Origin: Pristiophorus japonicus
Taxonomy: Eukaryota
Assembly (NCBI RefSeq): GCF_044704955.1
Contig: NC_091999.1
Coordinates: forward strand, 10,788,001-10,852,000
Direction of reading: 5' to 3'
Length of the DNA stretch: 64,000 nucleotides
The notes under the pieces: model-generated
What the model was told of the DNA's origin: nothing
Seen by the model: the letters and a program-made list of their open reading frames with translations, nothing else
Databases searched by the model: none
Shown here: in pieces, positions 36,770-50,489 of the stretch
How positions within the stretch are numbered: the stretch's first letter is position 1
How the letters are laid out: each line of letters begins with the position of its first letter
Program-made: the position numbers and the translations under genes

Positions 36770-37087
36770 TACCTGATAAATTGCAACATCCACATTGACA
36801 CCTGGGTGTCCCTGGGCAAAGACCGCCCTCAGTGGAGGAAGTGCATCTGGCAGGGTGCTGAGCACCTCGAGGCTAGTCGCCAAGGGCATGCAGAGACCAA
36901 GCACAGGCAGCGTAAGGAGCGTGCCGCAAACCAGACTCCCCACCCACACTTTCCTTCAACCACTGCCTGTCCCAACTTTGACAGAGATTTTGTTTCTCGT
37001 ATTGGACTGTACAGCCACCTAAGCACTCATGCTAAGAGTGGAAGCAAGTCTTCCTCGATTCCGAGGAACTGCCTATGATGATTATGA
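36770..37087 (+). mobile_element. Duplicate RTE 3' end
   Basis: CPNFDRDFVSRIGLYSHLSTH. Confidence 0.7.
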
Positions 37088-37405
37088 AATGAGCTTCATT
37101 CAAATGGTTTCCCTGAGAAATGTACAAAGTTAGTGAATCAGCACGAGTTCAATGGGAGTGGACCATATATGTTTATCGACATCTGTGTTTAATATCGCTG
37201 CAATACATCTCCAATCAATGGGCGCTGGAGGCTGCTCCATAGATGCACTGACTGTGATTTAATTCAGTCTTTGAACAGTGTAAAATGTCCTATCAAAACC
37301 GCCAGAATGATCCATAGTCACATGTTTCTCTCTGCTCCCTCGGGACTCGGTTTACAAGGTGGCAGGAGTTTCTATACGAGAGTGCAACGGGTTTCCATCA
37401 TCGGG

Positions 37406-37857
37406 AGACTCAGAGCACATTAATAAACTACTGTGTCGGTCAGCTGCATCCTCGAGATGGTTAATAGTGAATGTATTCGTGGTTCAGGAGCTTTGCTGTG
37501 TAGCGGGTTTCAGCAAATGCTGCTTTAGCTTCATAACCGCTCGGGGTTTTCATCAGAATAAACTCGGGCTGTGTGTCTAGGAATTGCCGGTACCAGTATA
37601 TATAATAGCCTCTTGCGCAGTATCATAGATGCAGCTTAAAGTCATTGTTTCTCCTTCTGTCTTAACTCCTGAAGACAGACGCTGAGTGACAGAATCTCCA
37701 TGACTCACATCTGAAAAATATGTTCAACAGGAGAGATACAATGTTTAAAATTCAGATTTAAACCATATCATAAATGGAATGAAAGAAGAAGTGTGTTCGA
37801 TCCACAATTACCTGTCAAAAATGTCCCACATACAACCCAGATGCTAAGGAGCCACAT
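37406..37857 (-). pseudogene. V3 paralogue (V3'): leader 37812-37857, V exon 37406-37710
   Basis: Same frameshifts as V3 plus a TAA in YYC; degenerate RSS at 37367-37405. Confidence 0.9.
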
Positions 37858-38579
37858 TGTCACTGTATGTTCCGTAAAGTGGTGGTTGGATATTTGCAGA
37901 CACCCGTTAGAATCCCCAGCCTCAATAATCTGACATCATGTCTCAGGCTGCTCTCATCTCATTTCCTTGTGTTCCCAGTTGTGCTGTGAGCTGCCTGCTC
38001 ATGAATGGAATCAACCAGAACTGGACTACTGTGAATGTATTATACGGGAATAGTTCAGTTTTTAGAGACTTGAGTTGGAAATTAAATTCTTGTCTGGCTA
38101 TTGTAACCCGGAAGCGGAGGGTTAATGCTGGAAGAAAATATTCCAGAATTTAACAAACAATCAGAAGGGCAGTGGAAAAGTAGGAACTCAGTGATTGGGA
38201 CTTGTTTGGAATTGCAAAGTCATTACATTATGAACTCTGTGCCTTGCGTATGAACTGTCTCTGACCCAGCAACATGTTCTGTTCAAATAAACCCTGTGTG
38301 CAGGCCGCGATCAAAGGGTCTGGAACACTAACAGCGCTGCTTAAAAAGGGCTGCACAATATTGCAGGCAGGCACGAGTTAAGGTGCCACAGATGGATTTG
38401 TCATAATTGCGCGTTGCACTCACTAACTAACGTCATGCCTGAAGAGCACCTCACCTGCTCTGGTTGCGTGCTGTTTTATATTGCAAGTTTAAGAATTTCC
38501 CCGCAAGGTTGAATTATTGAATCTGTTCATCCAGGTGAGAACGGAAGTTCGGATCATATTGGCAGCATTTTCGTGATGG

Positions 38580-39315
38580 CACTGGTTGAGCTGCTACTGA
38601 TGTCTGTTGCAATTGCTAAATTGTGGAATGTGTTCCCTCTGCTGGTGTGAATGCTCCTGATGCCCACTGTATAATAGGTAATCAGTAAAATATGTTTCCT
38701 ATGCTTGTGTGTATGCTCCTGATGGTCGTTGTAATAGGCAATAAGTAAAATGAGTTCCTTCTGGTGTGAATGCTCCTGATGGTTATTGTAATAGGTAATG
38801 AGTAAAGTCTGTTCCCCATGCTGGTGTGAATGCTCCTGATGGCCATTGTACAATGGATACTTATTAAAATGTGTTCTCATGCTGGTGTTTATGCTCCTGA
38901 TGGTCATTGTAATCGGTAATTAGTAAAATGAGTTCCATATGCTGGTGTGTTTGCTGCTGATGGTCATTGTAATAGGTAATTAGTAAAATGTGTTCCCTAT
39001 GAAGGTGTGTATGCTGCTGATGGTCATTGTAATAGGTAATTAGTAAAATGTGTTCCCTATGCTGGTGTGTATACTGTTGATGTTCATTGTAATAGGTAAT
39101 TAGTAAAATATGTTCCCTTCAAGTGTGAATGCTCCTGATGGTCATTGTAATAGGTAATGAGTAAAATGTGTTCCTTATGCTGGTGTGAATGCTCATGATG
39201 GCCATTGGAAAATAGGAAATTCGTAAAATGTGTTCCCTATGCTGATGTGTATGCTGCTGATGTCCATTGCAATAGATATGTTGTGCTACATATTCCCTAT
39301 GCTGGTGTGAATTTT
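38580..39315. repeat. About 60-bp minisatellite (11 full units)
   Basis: Same unit as 9105-9718. Confidence 0.95.
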
Positions 39316-39362
39316 CCTAATTAAGAACGGGACTAACTAATGATTTAAATACTTTTACGCAG

Positions 39363-39665
39363 GTAATATCCAATGCAGTTCTGTAATGCAGCCTCAATAT
39401 GAGCTAAAGGTATATGAAGGAGATAAGTCTCAATTGAACTGCAATTACAACACCAGTTCGGATGATCCGAGTCGTTACTGGTACCAGCTGTACTCGAACT
39501 AGGTTTTGCAGTTTATTTTGTACTGTGATAACACCAGGGGAAGGATTGCATGTTTTGTGAAAGTAAAATTCGATGCTCATCATTTCAATCGATATCAAGT
39601 TTTCCTTTGTCAATTTCTGCAGCAGAGACTGAAGACAAACTGGTCTATTGCTGTGGACTGAGGAT
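39363..39665 (+). pseudogene. V4 paralogue (V4')
   Basis: In-frame TAG after WYQLYSN and an FR3 frameshift; RSS CACGGGG-22-GCAAAAATC at 39666-39703. Confidence 0.88.
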
Positions 39666-40729
39666 CACGGGGCTTCAAAACTGCTCGACTCTGAGCAAAA
39701 ATCTCACCAAACCACAGTCCATCCCAAGAGCTAATTAAAGACATCTGTCATCGAGCGAGTCAAGAAAAAACTATTTGTCATTGAGGGAATGATGAAAATA
39801 GATCTCGCATTTTTACAAGAAGTGTACAAAGGTTGAGGTACATCGTGTCCGTGGAGAGACTCGAGAAACGGAGATTGTTCTCCTTGGAGCAGCGAAGGTT
39901 AAGTGGAGTTTTAATAAAGGTGTTTAAAATTATGAAGAGTTTTGATCAAGTAGATGGGGAGGAAATGTTTCCACTGCCATGAGGCTCGATAACCAGACGA
40001 CACAGATTTATGATAAAAGGCCAACAAAATCCAGACGGCAAATTAGGAGAATATTTTCTGCAGAGAATTGTTACAATCTAGAATGCATTGACGGAAAGTG
40101 TGTTGGAAGTAGATTATATAATAACTTTCAAAAGGGAATTAGATAAACACTTGAACAGGACAAGTTTTCAGTGTTATGGGCAAAGAGCTGGTTCGTGGGC
40201 CGAATTGGATCGCTCATTCATAGACTGAGTACAACACAATGGGTCTTCTTCTGTGCTGTACGTTCTTTAATTCAATAAGTCGCTCGCCACCCTGAATTTG
40301 ACGTAAATCGTCGTTTCTTTACTGTCTCTGGGTCAATAACCTGGAAGTCCCTCCCTCACAGCACTATAGTGACACCTTCAGCAAGGGCAGCTAGGGATGG
40401 GCAATTGAATCCGGCCTTGTCATCGACGCCGATATCTTGAGAATGGACAGAAAAAATTAAGAGAATCAGCCGGGTCAGTAGGACAATCACCACGTGAAAT
40501 GTTGCTTGGTTTCTGTCACACATTCTTTCTTTCTATATTTCAGTTTTTCTCTCCTCTCTCGCACGTTCTCTCGTTCACTCATTTTCATTACTTCAATTTC
40601 TTCCTTTGCAATATTAAAAAACATTCAACAGTTATATTACATTTCTCGATTTTTTTGATCATGAAGTATGAGGTGAGGAGGGAGGGGTGAATTGATAAAC
40701 AGAAATCCCCTTCAGGGTGGTGTTATCTA

Positions 40730-43700
40730 CATAGGAGCACGAGTAGTTTAGTTATCCCCTCCAGCCTGCTTCGCCATTCAGAGACCATGGCTGTGACGTA
40801 ACTTCATATGTTTTGCGCCATATCCCTTAATAAATGTGGTTGAAAAAACCTATCAATCTCAGACTGAAAATGAACAATTGACCTGCTAACAATTGCCGTT
40901 TACAGAAGAGAGTTCCAAACTTCTGCCAAACCTTGAATGTAGAAATGATTCTTAACTTCACTCCAGAAAGGCATGGCTCTAACTTCTCGGCTATTTCCCC
41001 TAGTCCGAGAGACCACACGCGATGGAAATAGTTTATCTCAATCTAACCATTAGAAGCTTGAAAACCTCGATCAAATCACACCTGAACCATATAAATTCCA
41101 GCGAATTCTGCACTAGTTTGTGCAATCTCTCATCGTAATTTAATCCTTGAAGTCCACTTTTCATTCTGGTAAATCCACGCTTCACACATTGCTAGGCCAA
41201 TATATCCTGCCAAAGGTGTGCTGCCTAGAACTAGTCACAGTACTTCAGGTAATGCCTAACCAGGCATTTTCTGCAGCTGTAGCATAATTACGACCCCCTT
41301 GTATACGAGTCCTCTAGATATAAAGGCCAGCATTCCAGTAGACGTTTTGTTTATTTTCTGTGTCTGTCCATGACATTTTAATGATCTATGTGCATTGACC
41401 CCCAAGAATCTTTGTACCTGTATTGTTTCTAGCATTTCACCATTTCCAAAATACCCTCTTCTAGCGGTTTTAGGTCCAAAATGGATGAACTCACATTTGC
41501 CTATATTGAAATCCATTTTCCAGAGAGTTTTACCCATTCGCTGAATATGGTAATATCTCCTTGTAATTTTATGTTTCCATATACCTGCTTACAATGGCGG
41601 CTATCTTTGTGTTATCGGCAAATTGTTGCTTTTTTATCCCATCACCTCAGTCATTAAAAAATATGGTGAATATTTGAGACCACCACTGAACCTTGCAAAA
41701 AACTATTATCGTGACGCTTTTTCTCCTGCCGCTCAGCCAGTTTCGTAACAAGGCCAATAATTTGTCTTCACTTCCACGAGCTTCAACTTTAGCTAGCAGT
41801 CACTTATGAGAGACTTTATCAAATTCCGTAAGGAAGTCCATATAAATAACATCCATACACATTTCCCTGTCCATTACATTAGTCACCTCTGCAAAAAATT
41901 CAACGAGGTTCGTCTGATATGACCTACCTGTCCCAATGTATGCTGGCTGTCTCTGCACAGCTGAATATTTTTATGGTGTTCATTCACTCTATCCCAAGTT
42001 AAAGATTCTAGTAATTTTGTGACAACACATGTTAGGTTACTTGCATATAATACCCTGGCTTTCCTCGCTCACCTGTCTGAAATAACGGAGTGACAAGCAC
42101 AATTTTGCCATCGAAATGAACAGTTCCTGAATCAAGAGAACTTTGGTAGATTATAGTTAGGGCATCTGCAATATTCACACCTGCATCCTTGAAAATCCTG
42201 GCTTGGAAACCATATCGTCCTAGGGATATTTCACACTTTTTGCCATTATTTTATTCATGACTGTTATTTTCTTTATGTTACTTTTTTGAGCTACCGAGCC
42301 AGCTTCAGTTTCCTTTATATATCCGGATTGCTGTGCACTTGCTGTATCGAAACAGTGAGGCAAAGTGATACTCAACATGTCCTTATTTTCGATGACACTT
42401 TCACCGTTATCAATTTTCAAGGGACCCACATTGTTCCTGAACACCTATTTTTCTTGATATAATTGTCAAACAAATTGTGTTGATTTTTATATCCCTTGAA
42501 GGTGCACTTACATACTCCTTTTTTGTAGATCACTATCTGTTTTGTCACCCTTTGCTTTTCTTTGCATCTTTCCCATTCACCAGGATCTGTGCTATTATTT
42601 GCTTTATTGTATGCGTTTTCTTCTCATTTCATGTGGTCTCTTACCTCTTTAGTCATCCATAGCTGTGTTTGACAAGTACAGCTCTTAGCCCTTTGGGGTA
42701 TAAACTTATTTTGTGTCACATTGAATTCTGTTTTGAACAACTCCCATCGATCTTCTGTCGTTTCACCCATTAACAGATTTCCACAGTTTCCTGTGGACAG
42801 TCTCTGTCTCATTTCATTGAAGTCAGCCTTATCCAAATCTACAATGTTAGTAGCTGTTTCGCGTTTCACCCTTTCACAGGCTATGATGAACTTGATCATA
42901 CTAAGCTCGTTATTAGATAATTATGCATATACCGTTAGGGTGTTGAATAAATCTGGCTCATTACTCATTGCAAATCGAATTGTACATTCCTGTCTGGCAT
43001 AGAAATAAAAAAGGGAAGGTGGCTCAACCGAGGCTATCAAGGGAAATCAGGGATAGTATTAAAGCCAAGGAAGTGGCATACAAATTGGCCAGAAATAGCA
43101 GCGAACCTGGGGACTGGGAGAAATTTAGAACTCAGCAGAGGAGGACAAAGGGTTTGATTAGGGCAGGGAAAATGGAGTATGAGAAGAAGCTTGCAGGGAA
43201 CATTAAGACGGATTGCAAAAGTTTCTATAGATATGTAAAGAGAAAAAGGTTAGTAAAGACAAATGTAGGTCCCCTGCAGTCAGAATCAGGGGAAGTCATA
43301 ACGGGGAACAAAGAAATGGCGGACCAATTGAACAAGTACTTTGGTTCGGTATTCACGAAGGAGGACACGAACAACCTTCCGGTTATAAAAGGGGTCGGGG
43401 GGTCTAGTAAGGAGCAGGAACTGAGGGAAATCCTTATTAGCCGGGAAATTGTGTTGGGGAAATTGATGGGATTGAAGGCCGATAAATCCCCAGGGCCTGA
43501 TGGACTGCATCCCAGAGTACTTAAGGAGGTGGCCTTGGAAATAGTGGATGCGTTGACAGTCATTTTCCAACATTCCATTGACTCTGGATCAGTTCCTATG
43601 GAGTGGAGGGTAGCCAATGTAACCCCACTTTTTGAAAAAGGAGGGAGAGAGAAAACAGGGAATTATAGACCGGTCAGCCTGACATCGGTAGTGGGTAAAA

Positions 43701-45470
43701 TGATGGAATCAATTATTAAGGATGTCATAGCAGTGCATTTGGAAAGAGGTGACATAATAGGTCCAAGTCAGCATGGATTTGTGAAAGGGAAATCATGCTT
43801 GACAAATCTCCTGGAATTTTTTGAGGATGTTTCCAGTAGAGTGGATAAGGGAGAACCAGTTGATGTGGTATATTTGGACTTTCAGAAGGCGTTCGACAAG
43901 GTCCCACACAAGAGATTGATGTGCAAAGTTAGAGCACATGGGATTGCGGGTAGTGTACTGACATGGATTGAGAACTGGTTGTCAGACAGGAAGCAAAGAG
44001 TAGGAGTAAATGGGTACTTTTCAGAATGGCAGGCAGTGACTAGTGGGGTACCGCAAGGTTCTGTGCTGGGGCCCCAGCTGTTTACACTGTACATTAATGA
44101 TTTAGATGAGGGGATTAAATGTAGTATCTCCAAATTTGCGGATGACACTAAGTTGGGTGGCAGTGTGAGCTGCGAGGAGGATGCTGTGAGGCTGCAGAGC
44201 GACTTGGATAGGTTAGGTGAGTGGGCAAATGCATGGCAGATGAAGTATAATGTGGATAAATGTGAGGTTATCCACTTTGGTGGTAAAAACAGAGAGACAG
44301 ACTATTATCTGAATGGTGACAGATTAGGAAAAGGGGAGGTGCAAAGAGACCTGGGTGTCATGGTACATCAGTCATTGAAGGTTGGCATGCAGGTGCAGCA
44401 GGCGGTTAAGAAAGCAAATGGCATGTTGGCCTTCATAGCAATGGGATTTGAATACAGGGGCAGGGAGGTGTTGCTACAGTTGTACAGGGCATTGGTGAGG
44501 CCACACCTGGAGTATTGTGTACAGTTTTGGTCTCCTAACCGGAGGAAGGACATTCTTGCTATTGAGGGAGTGCAGCGAAGGTTCACCAGACTGATTCCCG
44601 GGATGGCGGGACTGACCTATCAAGAAAGACTGGATCAACTGGGCTTGTATTCACTGGAGTTCAGAAGAATGAGAGGGGACCTCATAGAAACATATAAAAT
44701 TCTGACGGGGTTAGACAGGTTAGATGCAGGAAGAATGTTCCCAATGTTGGGGAAGTCCAGAACCAGGGGTCACAGTCTAAGGATAAGGGGTAAGCCATTT
44801 AGGACCGAGATGCGGAGGAACTTCTTCACCCAGAGAGTGGTGAACCTGTGGAATTCTCTACCACAGAAAGTTGTTGAGGCCAATTCACTAAATATATTCA
44901 AAAAGGAGTTAGATGAGGTCCTTACTGCTAGGGGGATCAAGGGGTATGGCGAGAAAGCAGGAATGGGGTACTGAAGTTGAATGTTCAGCCATGAACTCAT
45001 TGAATGGCGGTGCAGGCTAGAAGGGCCGAATGGCCTACTCCTGCACCTATTTTCTATGTTTCTATGTTTCTATGCCCGCTTGTTGGTTCCAGTGCATATT
45101 ATTCAAGAAAACTCTCCTGACACACTCAGGACACTCACTACCTTTCCAACATTAGTTGGTCAGATTATCGCAATCTACATGAAAGTTAAAATCTTTCATT
45201 AAAACCAATCTGTCTTTGCTACATGTTTGTCTAATCTCTGCATCTCTACATTCTACCACTTCACAACTGCTATCAGGGGGCATATAAACAACTCTCACTA
45301 AAATCTTAAATCCATGTTATTTCTTAATTCTACCCATTAAGTCTCCACGATCTGCTTAAATCTCGTTTCTCCTCTCTTATCATTGATGCGATTTCATTCT
45401 TATTCACTAAGGCTACCTGTCCTCCTCTACCATACTCTGTAATCTCTGCCTCTCCTCCTTTAATCTACTG
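40730..45470 (-). mobile_element. Duplicate degenerate CR1 (host of the young insertion)
   Basis: Colinear with 11140-13790 on both sides of 42981-45071. Confidence 0.8.
42981..45071 (+). mobile_element. Young 5'-truncated CR1 LINE with uninterrupted ORF2 (RT domain) to TGA at 44972-44974
   Basis: 668-codon ORF: KSPGPDGLHP, NYRPVSLTS, YLDFQKAFDKVPH, GVPQGSVLGP, KFADDTKLG. (TTTCTATG)n tail; absent from copy 1. Confidence 0.97.
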
Positions 45471-45710
45471 AGTGACGTTGTGAGTGTCGTAGTAGGAAGT
45501 AGAGAAACTACATCCGATGAGATGTTAAAATGCTCTTACCCAATTCTTACATTCGGTAGTTTTACCAGAAACAGACTTGCATGAGATACTTCCTCACTTT
45601 CTGTTATATCGTCCAGTCGAACACTTTCTCACTTTACTCAGTATAACGCATCGCAACAGTAGGCAGAACTGTTATTCCAAGCGATTGTTGGTGAAGATAG
45701 AGTGGACCCC

Positions 45711-46163
45711 ATGTCGTACTGTCACCTCATCATATAGTGGCTCGTGATTCTAAGTATGGCCATGCCTTTAACTATTTGCACTGATATGAAGTGACTTGAC
45801 ATTCTAAGTTATTAGATGTTCTATCTCTGTACTGTATTCAAAGTTAACTTTTATTTCAGGGGAGATTCAGGCAGATTCGGTGGCACAACCTCAGACCGCG
45901 CTCTCTATCACTGAAGGAAATGGAGTGAAAATAGATTGCAGTTACACATCAAGCTTCGCAATCCCAGAACTGTACTGGTACCGGCAGCACACGAACCAGG
46001 CTCCGCGTTTTATTTCGTACCGGGATAACAACAACAAAGATGATGCAGATTTTGCTCAGGGAAGATTCGAGGCTGGCCAAGCAAACGCATAAAATAAGTT
46101 TCCTTTAACAATCAATCGAGCGGAAATACTGGACTCTACCTTTTATTCCTGCGGGTTACGCTA
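45711..46163 (+). pseudogene. V5 paralogue (V5'), pseudogene
   Basis: TAG in leader, TAA at 46090-46092, YFC changed to YSC. RSS CACAGTG-23-ACAAAAACC at 46164-46202 remains perfect. Confidence 0.93.
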
Positions 46164-46321
46164 CACAGTGTTGTAAAGCTAATCTCTCACTGTACAAAAA
46201 CCTGAGTGAAATAAAACTGCCACAGATGGTGCCTCAACCCTCTGATTCAGAGACGCGAGTTAGACTGATTGAGCGACGGCTGACACTGACAGACAGTTGA
46301 ATAGAACCGTTCCTTGTCTGC

Positions 46322-46705
46322 AAGTGTCAGCCGTGGCTCAACCGCTCTCACTGATGCCTTGGGTCAGAAAGTTTTCACGTGAAGTCTGACTCCACGGACT
46401 CGGGCTGCATAATCCAGGACCGACACGACCGATGCTGGTACTGAGGCAGAACTGCACTATCCGAGGGCATAGCTTCTTTCAGTGAGATGTTAAAAGAAGA
46501 CCCTCTTTGCTTTTGCAAGTGGATGTGAAATATTCCACAGCACTGTTTTGAAAAAAGCATCAGAGCTCACCCAGGTGACGTGGGCCAAATTCATCCGAAA
46601 TTCAGATAATTGCAGTGCTCTTTGTGGGATCTTGACGTGCAGAAATTGGCCAGCGTGCTGCCTGCATGACACAGTATATATTTAAATTACTTCGTGGCAT
46701 TTTGG
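46322..46705 (+). mobile_element. Duplicate SINE
   Basis: Colinear with 14640-15025. Confidence 0.6.
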
Positions 46706-48519
46706 GATGTGTGCGGCAGTCTGTCTGGACCAGGGCGCCTTTTCCTATCTGTCATTGTTCCTATATAAATCATTTTATACATTGCAAATCCTGGAGTGGT
46801 CTCACTTCCAATCTAGCCGCGATGATGTCAATTATTTTAGTGGCCGTGGCGCCTGGCCAATGGCGCATTGTGCCTTTCAAGGGACCGGATTTGAGGCTCT
46901 TTGCAACAATCCGCGAACAGCACTTGAGCCTAGAACCATCAGGGCACATTTTCACAGAAGCATCGGCTCAGTTTAAGAGTTGTAAGCTTCATTAAATTGC
47001 TCAATTTCTTTGTTCCATTTGCTCTCTTACCCACATCCTGCAAAACGACTTTTGATGACCTAGTTTTTTGGATGCGAATAAAACATCGAACCGCAGGATT
47101 GTCAGTTATATTTATAAAAATAAATAACTTGCATGATGAAAAATCTTTCGGTTGCTAACTGAGAGTAACGGTTTATATTGAATGCTTTTTAAGGCAAGTG
47201 GAATATGGTAGCATAGCCTTAGATTCTCAGTTATTTTAAATTTTCTGTAAACATTTCTGTGCTTGGTGTGTTTTATAGTGGGAGAAGGGAATTTGTAAAG
47301 CCAGAATAACAGTGGAAAAAACAGAGAGAATAGCAATCCCTGAAATATTATAATCAGAAAGTGACTGAAATGTAAAGCAAGACAGTCAATATCTGAAAGT
47401 GAAGGACTGCGCAGAGCTTTACTGGGAGATCTCAGCAGCCAAGATCTTTTAAGAGTCGGCAATTGTCGTGCTGCTCTAATCAATAATTTTTGGTCTTTAT
47501 ACCATGAATGGACTTTGGACAAAATAGTCAAGTTCAATTGAAGGGAAGTCTCTGATGTAAATAAAATCATTTTCAACGATTTAATATCACGTTTTGTCCT
47601 TCAACCTCAAAGTGATATATTTTATTTGAGATGCTGTTTTACAATGCATGCATTTATTCTCTGATAAACTTAGCGCATTTGCCTTCGCGTTAAAGCACTA
47701 TTTAGCAGCGGGGTGCACTGAAGACAACTTTTGCTGACACTTTCAGTTGACCATCAGTAACTGTTACCCTTTATCCTGGTCCGAAATTTCCCCGAATCAT
47801 ACCGGATGTTTTAACTAAACTGATTTGTGCAGATTTTGTTCGAATAGCACCGTGGACACAGCAGGATAATACGATAGGGCTTTCGTAATCTGCATGGACA
47901 TTAGATGTGGCGATCGGAGAAGTTATGTAGAGAGCATTAGACAAAATGCTTGATTATAAATTCCATAAAATGCATGTAAATTGAGGAGAAATGTTGCTGA
48001 CCAAAATGCGGAGAAAAATCAAGAATCTAATGGGATGTGGCAGAGCCAAAGCTCAGCTTAATTTTGAAACTTATATTAATTTCCAAGAAAGGTGATACCA
48101 CGTTTTAACATGATTAAAATCTGAAGAATTTCAGTACAAATGAAGTGAAGCAGATTGTCATTCGCAGTGCTGTAACCCGTGTACAAACTAATGCAGAAAG
48201 CTCTACATTCAAAGCCGAAATTCACAGTCGGTTCACAAATACCTCGGCACAGTAACGAACAAGGGCTTTTAACAGAAAAGTGATGAGGAAAACTCAAAAC
48301 TTTTCGGTTGTACTTAAAATGATTCATTCAGACAAAGGTTAAAGCAATGTGCTTTCTGCTGGTTGTACCACCCTGAGAGTCGCGTTTCTGAGAGGCCGTC
48401 TTTGCCGTCCTGGATAAGGAACAATGGTAATCAGAATAAGTGGAAAAACAAGATGTTCGGAGTAATAAAAACAATTTTTTGGGGGGTTTTGCTGAATATT
48501 CAATTTTTAACATACTTTA

Positions 48520-48690
48520 TTTTCCTTTCTCTCTGTCACTTTCTCTAACTCCAAATCTTTCTCTCCCTTTGTTTCTGTCTCTCCTCTCTCACAGTCTCTC
48601 TCTATTTGTCTGTGCGCATATCTCTCTCTCACTCTGCGTGTGTCTGTGTCTCTTTTTCCATTTTTCGATCCCTATTTCTCTCTCTCCAGC
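48520..48690. repeat. CT-rich low-complexity repeat
   Basis: (CT)n-like tract. Confidence 0.8.
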
Positions 48691-48984
48691 GATTATACAC
48701 CATTTATCACATGCCAAAGTGAAGTGTAATGCTTCAACTGCACTACACCACCAACCATTCCAAGTTCCCATACAACAGCGGTGAGATGCAGGGTAAACCA
48801 TCTTTATGCTGCCACACTAAAGTCTCAGATGTCAGATGTAGCTTGGGCGAAATGTAATCTAAATTCAGATTTGTACCATTCCACTAGACACTCAAATATT
48901 GGGTTCAGAAAATGTTGCAAGACAGGTAACCTTCCTCGACACTTATGCAACAAACTCTCATCGGGAAAGGATAGCACATGTTCG

Positions 48985-49442
48985 ATAAAGAAAGAAAGAA
49001 AGACTTGCATTTATATAGCGTCATTGACAACTACCAGACGTCTCAAAGCGCTTTACAGCCAATGAAGCACTTTTGGAGTGTAGTCGCTGTTGTAATGAAG
49101 GAGACACGGCTGACAACTTAGGCACAGCAAACTCAAACAACTAGCAATGTGATAATGACCAGAAATCTGTTTTTGTTATGTTGATTGAGGGATAAATATT
49201 TGCCATGGACACCGGGGATAACTCACCTGCTCTTCATCTAAATAATGCCATGGGATCCCACCTGAGAGAGCAGACGGGATTTCGATTTAACATCTCATCT
49301 GAAAGACTGCACTTGAGACAGTGCAGCACTCCCTCAGCGCTACAGTAGATTGTCAGCCTATAATTACGTGCTTAATTCCATGGAATGAGACGTGAACGAA
49401 TAACCTTCTGTATCAGCGGTGAGTGTGCCAACCATTGAGCAG
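48985..49442 (-). mobile_element. tRNA-derived SINE
   Basis: Minus-strand GCTCAATGGTTGGCACACTCACC head; (TTTC)n tail. Confidence 0.65.
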
Positions 49443-49499
49443 CGGGAGTTAGAAAAAGGCGCGAGAGAGCCTACCAGAGGCAGTAAAATAACAGCGTGA

Positions 49500-50480
49500 G
49501 ATAGCCGATCAGCGCGAGTTCAAAATATATTAGAGACGGCAGGGGATGCGATGTGTTGCAGCTGCAGCATGTGGGAGCTGGTGGACACCAATATGATCCA
49601 TGGCGACTGCATCTGCAGTAAGTGTTGGCTGCTCGAGGATTTCGGCTCCATGTTGATGAGCTGGAGTCCGAGCTTCAGACAGTGTGACATATCACGGAGG
49701 GAGAGAGTTACCTGGACGCTGTGTTCCAGCAGAGAGTCACGCCCCTTAAGTTGAATAAGTCCGTGCTCACGGCCAGTAGGATGTGACTACGAGTGAGGCA
49801 GATATGGGGACCCAGAATGTCGTGATGAAGGAGCCTCAGCCCTTGCAATTGTCCAACAGGTATGAGATTATTACTCCATTTGTGGACGAGAGAATGGGCT
49901 GCTGTGAGAATGAGCAAACTGAACACAGCACCTTGATGGAGTGGACCTTTCAAGTGTAGGTACAAAGAGAAACGTGCTAGTGGTAGCGGGCAGTATAGTT
50001 CTGGGGATATATACTGTTCTCTGCAGACGAGAGAATGTGTCCGGAAGGCTCTGTTGCCTTCTTGGTGCCAAGCTTAAGTGGACCTCCTCTGTGCTGGAGA
50101 GGAACTTACAGTGGAAGGGGAAAGATCCACTTGTCGTGGTCCATGTCGGTACTGATGACATCGGTATGTCAAAGAACTTGGTGATGCTGAGGGAGTATGA
50201 GCAGCTAGGAGAAAAATTAAAAATCAGAACAACAAACATAGTAATCTCTGGGTTATTACCGTAGCCACGAGCAAATTTGCATAGGGTAAATGAGATCATA
50301 GAGATAAACGCGTGGCTGAAGGACTGGTTTGGGAGAAATTGGTTTCAATTGATGGGACACTGGAATCAGTCGTGTAATAAGTGGAAGCTCTTCCATCAGG
50401 ACTGGCATCTATTGAACCAAGCTGGGAACAGTGTCCTAGCGAATCGAATAACTAGAGCTTTAGCTAGAGATTTAAACTAA
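49500..50480 (+). mobile_element. CR1 ORF1 fragment (zinc-finger plus SGNH esterase-like)
   Basis: CCSCSMWE..CICSKC; VVVHVGTDDI; NIVISGLLP. Confidence 0.85.
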
Positions 50481-50489
50481 TCTTGGACA

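Larger units (their letters stand above)
29476..47372 (+). repeat. Segmental duplication: copy 2 of 1-15691 (direct orientation)
   Basis: Continuous colinear similarity from GTCTGCA (1/29476) to GACTGAAATG (15691/47372), interrupted by the CR1 at 42981-45071. Confidence 0.97.

Noticed and set aside
42968-44974. 668-aa ORF as a host gene
   Set aside because: It is a 5'-truncated CR1 ORF2; the listed start lies in flanking DNA.
47750-47800. Minus-strand J-like motif FGPG*RVTVT
   Set aside because: In-frame stop, no recognisable RSS and a weak donor; cannot be supported as a J segment.
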